DNA from: Klebsormidium nitens
Lineage: Eukaryota; Plantae; Klebsormidiophyceae
DNA length: 64,000 nt
NCBI GenBank assembly: GCA_000708835.1
Contig: DF237116.1
Location: forward strand, 99,117 to 163,116
Direction: 5' to 3'
Shown one piece after another: positions 12,801 through 23,100 of the stretch. The stretch's first letter is position 1. Each line of letters starts with the position of its first letter. A program made the translations under genes and the position numbers. Below the pieces are notes generated by a model. That model was given only the letters and a program-made list of their open reading frames with translations, was not told where the DNA came from and made no database searches.

Positions 12801-15656
12801 TGGAACGGAACGAGCCCACAGAACAACAAAGTCACACACTTCTGAGGAGTTCAAATGATTCAAGCGAGAGTGCTTACCGGCAGCACCGCGTCGGGCGACA
12901 CCCGAAACTCGTGCAGCCTCCGTTTCAGATTGGCCCCCTGTGCAATGAAGTGCCCCAGCAACGGCTTGGTCAACTGCTTCGCCTTTTTGGTACCGCCGCC
13001 GATTTGCAGAGCGGTATACCCCTCCTTTTCGTCCGTCTTAATCTGGACCACCTGCAAGTGTGAAATCGGGCGCGCGTGAGCATTGTTGCAGGGAGCTAAA
13101 AGCAGGGTACTGAGCGAGGTTGACACGGAGGAACCAAATCTCAAACCGATTTGCGGGGCAGTACACCCTTCCTTTTCGTCCGTCTTGATCTGGACCACCT
13201 GCAGATATAACTATTAGAAAAGGCTTGAGTTGTGCGAGGGGGGCTAAGAACGAGTGTACCGGAACAAGGCAGCGATGGAGCGAAACTTGAAAACGTCGAA
13301 CTGTGGGTCTTCTCAAGCCAAACCTTCAGTCCCAATACGGAGCAATGTACCCCTCCTTCTCGACCGTCTTCATTAGGACCACCTGCGAGTTGAAAGGCAA
13401 GGAAGGCTTGCCATCTGCAAGAGGAGTTAAGAACAAGCGTACAAAGCGAAGGTCCGACGGAGAGAAAGTTGAAAACGTCAAACTGTGGTCTCCTTAGCAG
13501 ACCTGGAGCAGAGTGTAACGCTTCTATTCATCTGTCCTGATTGGACCACCTGCACATGAAACGGTCGCCAACCTCAAAATCAGTGGAGCAAAGACGAGGG
13601 CTCCCGATTCAGTCAGTTGTGCAACAAAAGGTTGAAACTTCGTACTGCCCTTTTCGGAGTCGGGCCTTATTTCGACCGTCTGGACCACCTGCGACCCGGA
13701 GTGATATGGAGCACTCTTACGATTGCAAGCGACGCTAAGAAGGAGGGTACTAGGACAAGATAGCAATGGAGCGGTAGACACCAACACCTTGACCTCCCTG
13801 GTATTGCTAGAAACGTCGCTGTTATATATGCCCACATGCGGTCCGCCCGGAAAATCGGATGACCCCGGTTCAGAAGACTTTTATGGCCGAGATCAGCGCT
13901 GAACCCCATAGATCCGCAAGGATAATGATTAGTATATCAATCCTTGCCTCTCAGGTCAACCTGCCGTTCCTTTGCAACGGTCAGCACAATGCAGGCGCCA
14001 GACTTGGCCGATGCGTTCTAAAATGGTCCCTAGGAATCAGCGGTTTTCAAAACGGTGAACCACACCTCCATTGCAGCAAGACCTTGAATACAGCAGGTAC
14101 TCAGAAGACAATCAGTAAATACACCAACCCCGAGTCCTAGTGCAGAAGGATTCAGGCACTCTCAGCCCCAGTCGAACAGCAAACAATCTTCAATATTCAA
14201 ATGCAAAGATGATGAAGATTGAAGCCCCTAAGATCGCTCACCTCGTTTTCGTGAACCCAAAGCACCGTCACTGGAATCCGTATCCCCCACTCGTCCCACA
14301 GCGCAGTCATACCACACTTCACCGCAATGACACCTGTCCGCATCGAGTCCGGCCCCCAAGGCCGGGGCTCGACAGCTGGACCGGGAGTCAGCCAAGAGGG
14401 GGTTTTCGCACCAGCGGGGTTTCCAACACCAGAGGGGGGAATCACACCCGGGGGGATGTTCGCACCGGTTGAGGATGTTGCGCTGGAGGAAGATGAGGCA
14501 CCGTAAGAGGTGGAAGCAATTGGCGGCGGCGTGGCGGGGGGGTTCCTGGCCTGCAGCATACGGGGGGGTGTTTGAGAAATATAAACAGCGCAATGCGATG
14601 TGCCACTTAAGTCTGTCGCAGCGACAGGCAATGTCTCAGCGGTTTCAATCAGTCCTCATGACCGAGTGGCTTGAAAAGGTGAGATGGCAGACTCTAGGCA
14701 GCTTCTTCCAAAAAATGGTCATAGAAGACATTGATGCTGAGTACCAAACACAAGCTTTCGCTTTCTACAGCCATTTGCCTTCATTTCTTTTGTTCCACAG
14801 CCGCTAGGCCATGGAAGGTCTTGCGGGATTTTGACCTGAACTAATCATGCTAGATCAACAGTGCCTATAACCTGCTTTGAGAGTGGCAAAAGCAATGATG
14901 ATTTCTACAAACTACGTTATATATTTCAATTGCTTGCACCAGCCATGTTGCACTCCGCATGTGAAAGAGGAGATTTGAAGGCTTCTTAACCGACAATTTG
15001 AGAAACAGCCTCGTCAAGCGGACCAGATCATGAAGAAGGTCACCGCAGATGTTAAGACTTGATTGTAATGCAGAAGTGCTGATGCCACATTGACCATTCT
15101 CTAATCAGAACCTCACCTCAGAAGAATGGCCCGCTGCGTCCGCTGCGAAGCTTTCTGAAGCAAAGCGTCCATCCAGCGGAAAGTCCCCTTCCAAACCCTG
15201 CTCCAACGCGCTCGGCCCCGATGACAACCCGCTACCGTCAGCATTTCGCTGCCACATGGCATCCAGCGACTGGCTCAAAGCTGCCAAGTGTTCCTCATTC
15301 AATTCTGGAACGTCTCTCCTCTGCTGGACGGCCGCCAACGTGGACATCCTCATACTAGTTCCCAAACCGCTGATCCGCGTCGATTCGCGAGCCCCCACCC
15401 TGCCTTGCAGCTGTGAGCGCTCCTGTCGTGAGCTGTTGACACCACCATGCGACGCCGCCCCAGGCTCGCTAGGCTCGGTGGTAACAGTGTCAGATGCACA
15501 TTCAGCTCTCCTGAAAGTGCCATCAGACCACTTATTGGGAGAAGCAGTGTCCTCGACAGGGGCTGCTGCGGTTGTTGAAAAGACTCTGGCACCCGGCGCC
15601 AGTCTCTGCTGTAGCGCGCTGCGCACGATCCGAGAGAGCTCCCGGCGAACCGCCAT
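9849..15656 (-). CDS. MRPL3: Mitochondrial large-subunit ribosomal protein uL3m, ~504 aa
   Basis: Seven exons, all phase 0, in transcription order: 15656-15117, 14550-14242, 13051-12878, 12176-12093, 11724-11632, 10963-10838, 10037-9849 (TAG). Plant mitochondrial L3 motifs: [98 protein letters not shown]. The Arg/Ala/Ser-rich N-terminus looks like a presequence. Confidence 0.96.
10938..11105 (-). repeat. 84-nt tandem duplication containing the acceptor and start of uL3m exon 6
   Basis: Minus strand: TTTTCAG|ACCCCGGAAAGGTGTTCAAGAACAAG (11047) versus TTTCCAG|GACCCCGGAAAAGTGTTCAAAAACAAG (10963). The intron part ATCGTGACCCAAACCTTATC.GACTTCTGTGCA is also present twice. Confidence 0.92.
13000..13700 (-). 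repeat. Four acceptor + exon-start echoes of uL3m exon 3
   Basis: GCAG|GTGGTCC begins at 13688, 13549, 13382, 13198 and at the real exon start 13051. Translations are [14 protein letters not shown], a frameshifted [42 protein letters not shown] and the real [18 protein letters not shown]. Confidence 0.93.
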
Positions 15657-16103
15657 TCTGAGGTCGAGCACACAATGGTGCTGCGCAGGTGCAGGTGTGG
15701 AACCACTGGTTTGCAAGTGGTGTTATTCCTCCTTACAACATCTCAAATCATTGCTCAGGCACGTTGGTCCTTGTGGTCCAGAAGAAAGCACCTGATCAAG
15801 CCTACTCCTAGGAGCCCGCTTCCTTCCTGCACCCTTCTCGGCTTGACCCTCCAAGCGCTCGCCTTCTGCCCTCTCTTCAACTTTCAAGTTGTGCCAGACC
15901 ATTTTGGCAATGCCGTTCTCAGCAGTTGTCATTCCGTTTTGACTGCGGCACCTGACGACGACGTTCCGCTGTAATACGCCGCAGGGAATGGCGGAATTCT
16001 TAAATCAACGCGCGCAAGCAGAAGCTTCAATCTCAACCAGACGCAGGAAGTCAAGCAACGGTTGTAAACCAACAATTACGTTACAACCAGTACGGTACTA
16101 CGG

Positions 16104-16371
16104 TACCGTACTGCCATTCCCATTCGCACTAAAATAATTATTTTAAGGCCACTGCGAAAAAAAATAAACTAAATTGCGACTGAGGTGCGAAAATGCGAAA
16201 TAAGAAAACAATTTTTAAAAGTCACATTTGAGGCTTTTTTGAGTAGGAAATTACGAAAAATGGGTCTTTTGCGAAAATTTTGAAAATTATTTGAAGCCGG
16301 TGCGAAAACAGAAAACTTTCGAAAATAAATATTCGCACCAGCATGGTGCGAATGGGAATGGCAGTACGGTA
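16104..16371. mobile_element. MITE-like non-autonomous DNA transposon, probably Tc1/mariner superfamily
   Basis: Perfect inverted repeats TACCGTACTGCCATTCCCATTCGCAC (16104-16129) and GTGCGAATGGGAATGGCAGTACGGTA (16346-16371), read as 24-bp TIRs flanked by TA. The interior is AT-rich and non-coding with repeated GCGAAAA/TTCGCA motifs. It lies between the divergent start codons at 15656 and 17128. Confidence 0.85.
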
Positions 16372-17127
16372 TACCGGTATGCACCCCGTGTGTACCCCAC
16401 CCTAGCAAATTCAATAAGCATACCTTACACAGTTGCTGTACAGTTGCTGTACTCGAAGCCTGAAGAGTAAAGGAGAGTCCAAATCCCCTGGTGGAATCTC
16501 AAGAAGTTCCAGCTTGCTAGACTGGACTTGAACTTGAAGTTGAAGGCCTTCCCAATTGTCATCAGGGAGGCAATGGACAGGGCGGAATGGTCACCGCAGA
16601 GCATGACTCGGAGCAGATCACTGCAGCTCTCTGACCTCTGGAAAAAAGGGGGGAAAAAAGATGGTTCAACTTCAAGGCAGCCAGTTGAGCGTGTTAGCCA
16701 GCAAAAGCTGCAAAGGTGGAGATGATTGGAATGTCTGATCTGACAATCTAATTTCCCAAGAAAAGTTGCACTAGCGGATGAAATTTGAACACGAGGAATG
16801 GGACAGACCTGGCGCTGACTGGGGAAAATAGAATGGCGCGCTGTGGTAAAACCTTCTGTACTCCCCTACCTCAAGATTCTGGCAAGCAGAGTCCGTGGTA
16901 ACATCCGTCTACATTTTTGGGGCAACCCAAACACAAAGCTGGGAAGCGATTGGGACGTTCCACCACAGTCAGAGCAATGCTTGGAGTAGCACCTTAGCAC
17001 CATTTGAGTGGAGCTCTTTACTTGAGAGGCTTCCGCTGGACCTAAATGGGTCTTCGTAGTGTGTGAAGGTACGCAAAATGTTGGCATAAGCTTTGTGGAT
17101 GAGCCTCATAGCTTATAGCGCCCCGCG

Positions 17128-20100
17128 ATGGAGCTCCCCCGGGAGGTCGCTGACTGGCTCGTCGCCTGCGGCGCCCTTTTACACCCCGAGACTGGCCCTT
17201 CACGGAGCACTCGTAATGTGACGTCATCAGCTGACGTCAGCACGTTCGTCCACCTCGACGACGATGCGGCGGCGCGCTTCGAAACAGGTATCGGGACCGC
17301 AGCTTTGGTCCGAGTTTTGCTGCAAGAGAAAGGGCTTCCGGAGGCGAATCTGGACGGTTTGCGAACGGCGTCTTCTCCGGTGGCAAAGCTCTTCAACTGG
17401 AACAAGCTGAGTCCGGCGTTAGCGGCGTTGGGCGTACCGTTGGATAGTGAGACAAAGTCGCTGATTTTGGCGGGGGACGTCGATGCGGTGGGGGACATAC
17501 TGTCGGTGTTGCACCAGATGCACGGGGACGTGTATGCAGACAGGATAGTCAGTGCGCAGACTTTGGAAGAAACAAAAGAGAACGAACGGGGAGGCACAGA
17601 TGGTGATCTAGAGCGGGCGGAAAGGAGAAGCGGGGGGGCAGATACTGGAAAAGAGCTGGGTAAAGAGTATGCAGATACGAGAGGTGGCCCGTTGGACGAG
17701 TCTAGGAATGAGCGGGGAGAGTCCAACGCAAATGGTAGAAAGGGGGAGGTTTACGGAGGTCAGGAGACAGAGGATTACGTCATAAACCAGCTTCATAACC
17801 AAAGCTCCCGAAAACCAGCTCAGAATGGCAGGTCTAGAAAGAGGGACGAAGAAGAGGACGAGGAGGGCGAGTCGGATGCACACGGGGGTGAGGGGAATGA
17901 GTATCTCGAAGGCAAATCTACCCCGCCGGAAGAGAGGATTGATTGGAGTCGGCTAGCCAGCACAAGCGGACGCCCCTCGAGCCGACTGTCAGATATAGAG
18001 CCCAGACAGGAACGGGCAGCGGGGGGTGAAAATACTGCCAAACAGAGGGAGGGGGCATCGAACGAACCAGAATCGGGGGCCGGCGCAGGAGGGATGGAAG
18101 TCTTGGCTCGACTTGCATCAGATAGTTTTGCGGTGTCATTGTTAGACGCGGCTACTCGGTTGGCCGGAGGAGACTTTGCAGAGTGGATCGTGAGGGGGGG
18201 CACGGAAAACGAGAAAGTTTTGGTGTGGCTTGAAAAGGTGGCGGAAAGCGCCGGTGTCATAGCCGCCGCAGCTGTCGCCGAGCCGTCCGACTTGACACAA
18301 GTGCTCTCGGTCGTGAGCACGGGCATGGGGTTCGGCAGCGCTGACGTCATCTTCGCCACGTGTCAGGCCCTGGCTGGTCTTGCAAGAGCTCTCCCCGAAG
18401 ATACGTGCACAGACTGGTTTTTGAGCGAAGCGGGCCCTTTACAAGGCCTTACGGACTGCTGGTTAACCCACCGATCGAGCCGGTCAGCGGGCGGGTTAGC
18501 CGAACTAAGCTCATCTTTCTGTGGGGGAATGATGAGGGCCCTGTTTCAAGATAAGTTGCACGAGGTCCTGCCTGAGGCGGCAGTGTACATGGATGTGACG
18601 GAAGCGATTTTGGGGCCTCTCGGGAAGAACCACACGAGCAGAAAAGCGCTTGCCGCGGCAGGAGTGCCGGGAGACCTCACAGCTTTTGCGCTGCGGCATC
18701 TGGGTGAGTGTGATAAGCTCCGTTTCTGTCCGTACGTCTGCAAAGGGTCAGCAGGAAAGGGGTTTTGAGCCCAGTATGCGCCCTTGGATTCTTCTCAAAG
18801 GCAAGGGCGATCGACCGAAGGCTTTTGCATAAGCTCTTGTAACTTTGTTGGGAAGAGAGGCGCTTCAGTTTGTTTGCATCAGCAACGCACAAAGAGTCGA
18901 GGAATAAACTACAAGCCTTGTATCCATGGTAAAATTCTTTGGGTGACTGCCCTCTAAATCGCAACCTTTTCTTATGAAGTTACGTCGTCGCATCTTTCGC
19001 ATGCCACCAACGAATATAGTTTCCGGTAACTTAGCCTAAACCGTTTCTCGGAATACATTTGTGAGAAACTCTTCTGATTGTAATTACCGCCGCCGCCCAT
19101 CTTTGCAGGTAACGGCCAGGAGGAAGGGGTAAAACTGGCGGCAATGAGCCTTGTGACAGCGGTCTGGGCTCGTTTCCCAAGCCAGGTCCGTGATCTAAAG
19201 CTCCCGTTTCGAGGATAGGTGCACACGATTGCATCTGCTTGCTGTATCATCGGCAGAGGTTGCTGACCAGTCGAGAAATGGAGCACTTTGTTTAATAATC
19301 CGTATCAGAATAAATAGAAGAGCCAACTCTATCCCGTTTCGTTGTAGAAAAGACGACCTAACTTGCCTCGCGACCTGAAAGCGTGGGTGCTGCGAGGCTA
19401 AATCTTCAGAGCCCTTTGTAGACCAAGACTTTAATGGAGGAAGAAAAACGGGCACTCTGTTTTAAGCGGCAGGTTGAGAAAGTTTTCATTTGGTGCGCTT
19501 TGCGGTGTCCATTCTTAAGCGTGCATTCTGCAAGTCTGTGTCTCACCGTTGTGGAAAAACTGCCAGCACGAATGAATCCAAGTCTCAAAGCGCTGTTCTT
19601 CTCTTTAGTTTCTTTCATTCGCTGTTCAAGTTTGTGTAGCTTCCGTCTACTGTCAGGTCGAGAAAGATGACGACTGGTGCCGCTTTCCGTTGTCCATTCT
19701 CAAGCGCCCCTCCTAAAAGCCTGGCTGTTATTCGAAGTGAAGCAGGTACTGACACAGACAATGAAGCTTCAAAGATCTATCATCTCCAATTCTGCTCTTC
19801 CTCCCCTTCAAAGTCATCAAGCCTTCCTATGATTGACAGGTTTGAAAACCACAGAGTCCTGTTTCTTTCTTGCACTCTCCGTGCTCAAGCGGATTGTGCG
19901 GCAGAGTCACGTCAGATGTGGTATCACCGAGTACCATGAAACGCAAACAAAGCTTCGGTCGACGCGCTTACCTGAATCCCCTCTTTCTCAACCTGAAGAT
20001 TGAAAAGTCTTCCTTTTTCTGGCAGGTTGAGACAGACGAGAACCTGTGTTGCCTCCCAATCTCCAGGCTTAAACGCGCTTTTCCGCACAGCAAAGCATGT

Positions 20101-23100
20101 TGAGAAGCAAGACCACCAAACACCAACAACCGCAAGCAAGCTTTGATTGAAGCGGCTTATCTTGCCCCTTCCTTTATCTGTTTTCTGATGAAGTTCTCCC
20201 TTTTTTGGCAGGTCGAAAAAGACGAAGACCGGTGTCGCCTCGCAATCTCCACGCTTAAGCGCGCGTGTCGCGACGCAAGTCCGACCCTCCAGCTGGCAGC
20301 GCACGGCGCGCTCTTTCGACTGCTCGACGGCTTCATCGCCGCCGGCTCCGCTTTCGCGCCGCGAGTTTACAAGGTGCTTCCGCATTTCATTGCCCGTCAT
20401 GAAGCATAAGCTTAACTTCTGTCAAGTATCGGTCTTAGTCAATCGAACATTCTAGAATTTCCTATACGAAAGTGTCAATATCTTAGGCACAGAAACCAGG
20501 TCTTCTCGCCACACTTCAGAAATCACTTTTTTTGAGAGGCACAGCACGCTTGTCCGATGCTCGAAAGTCTCTTGTCCGGCTGCGCGTTTTCTCCGCGGGT
20601 AGTCAAGCGGCCGATATTCTTCGTAATATCGTGGCGAATTCCTTCGTAAAGTTGCGTACATTTCTTCATGGCGGGTGTTGGTACCTGGCATCTGATCAAA
20701 AGCTCCCCTCTTGATGACTTTTTAGCCCAATAGTCTGAAGAACGCATAAACCGTGACGACAAGACCCATAATCTTTTAGTCCTCGGATCGACTACCCGTA
20801 GGCCTTTCTCTTCTCCTGGTTCCGGCGCGACCTCCAGTTTTCGGCCGCCTCCGACCTCAGCCGCTTGGTTCACTATATGCTCAGATGCATTCCATGCAGG
20901 CCTTTCTCGTTCCTTCTTCGAGCACTTTTCCCGGCCCGACGTGCACGCCTCGTTCGTTTCCATTCTGAACCACGTCCTGACCCGCCATCCTTTAGGATTA
21001 CGATCTTAGAAAGGCTGGGAAACCTGAAATCATTGACCACGGGAATCCACGGTTTCTGAGTCCTCAGGTTCCAAGTCTTCACTACCCGCAGGCACTACTC
21101 GTCTCGTTCTTCCAGCCCGACCTGCACGCGTCCGTCGTTTCCCATCTGAGCCACGTCCTGAACGCCAGCCATTGTTGTTACGGTCTTCAATTGGATATTT
21201 GAGTCTGGATTCTACTTCTGCTCAAGAGTGCTTTTTGCAGGCACTCCTCATCTCCTTCTTCGAGCACTTTTCCCGGCCCGACCCTCCACGCGTCCGTCCT
21301 AAAGGCAAAACCCTATCATTCCGGTCCTCAACTATAAATCATGTACTCTGAATAGAAGAATTTGAATTCTCCTCATCCTCAAGTTTCATTCCCTACAGGC
21401 CCTTCTCGCCTCCTTCTTCGAGCACTCCTCCCGCCCCGACCTTCACGCGTTCGTCGATTCGAACTGAGCCACGTCCGTACCCGTCACCTTTATCATCTTA
21501 ATTTTACAACGGGGTTTGTACGACCATTTTCCAAGCATCATCACACTAATGCTCATCCTTTTTCTGCAGGCCCTTCTCTTCTCTTTCTTCGAGCATTTCT
21601 CCCGCCCCGACCTCCACGCCTCGGTTGTCTCCAATCTGAGCCACGTTCTGACACGCCATCCGACCGTCCCGGTCGGGCCCATGCTCGAGCCGCTCGCGCG
21701 CCACGTGGCGCTCCACGGCTTCTCGCCGCTCGACACCGACTTCTTTCTCGTGCTCGCTAGGTGGGGAACCAGCTTTCCACAGGACTAAATTTTGAAGCAC
21801 TGCATTCCGGCGTCTAAACGGTAACGCGTAGTGGGTTTGGAAGTGGGCAGTTGGATCCAAAAATAGGTTTGTGAGTTTGAAGGCTTCCTCGTAAGCAGGA
21901 GAGAAGCGCTAAACGACAGGGTTTTTGAGGGGACAGCAGCGCGAGTGACAGGAATGCAGACCCAGACATCCCTGCAGGACAAGATGCAACTCTTTGCGTC
22001 AAACTTGCTATCCCGGTTCTAAGCTACTGAGGCAGCCCTGAGCCGTCGGATGCCTTCCAATTTTTGATCGTACGGTCGAATATCAGGAACCTTGTTCGAG
22101 AATCTGGAAACCGGATGGCAACAACGGAAACAACTGTATACGGGCTAGTACTTTTGGTAACTGTCAGGAGGCGTGGCAACAAGTGCCGTTATTCGCGCCT
22201 CCCAAATTACTGACTTTCCAACCGCGTGCGCTTTCCGCAGGCACCGCCATGTGGACGCCAAGCAGGCGGCCCAGCTCGTATCCATGCTGGGCCATATCGT
22301 ATTGCACAGCCCGCGATATGCCCCGGACGTCCTCCCGGCTCTCACCGGGGTTCTCTCCCGGTTCCCCGAGCCGGGGCCCGCGGCCGAAGCGCTCGCGTTG
22401 TTTTGCAAAGAGGGTTTCGAGGCTTTGGTCGGCTTTCTCCTAAGGTGAGAGCAAACGAGGTTTTGATTTCTGGAGCAAGCAATTCTTCAGAATGGTGTGC
22501 AGTTATGCAAGAAGGATATCTTACAACGGTATGAAGGCTGTCAACAACTCACTAATGACAGGAAAGTCGCTCTCGGCGAATCGCGTCAGATTTGGAGCAC
22601 ATTTAAGGAGTATTTATGAGCTTACATGTGGGTTACGTACGCCGTTCACGATAGGAAGAATCCAACTTGAATCCAACCTGAGCTCTCTTCGATCAAGCGG
22701 CCAAGGGTTGATCGTTGTCTCAAACGAGCTCTCAAAAAGGCGCGCTCTTTGATTGAAAACGTAAAGTACTTCTGAAAGGACCCTTGACGCTCAACCTCCC
22801 CTGCTATCACTTTTCTGATGATGGATGACCTGCCTTAAACTGCATTCTTCTTTTACAACGCAGGCCACAAGACAGTCCCACCCATCCCCCGGTCACCGAG
22901 GTCCTTCCCCCAGTCCTCATCCAAATCGCGCGCACGGGTTATCCCCACCTGATTGCCTGCCTCCAAGAGCGCGCCGCGGCCGCGCGCGCGGACTTCTGCG
23001 CTCGCGCGCGCTCCGCGGCCGCGCACCCCGTCCTCGAAAAGCTGGTCGCCGCGCTAGAGGCGTCCCAGGCCGGGCCGTCCGCAAACCCGCCCGCTAACCC

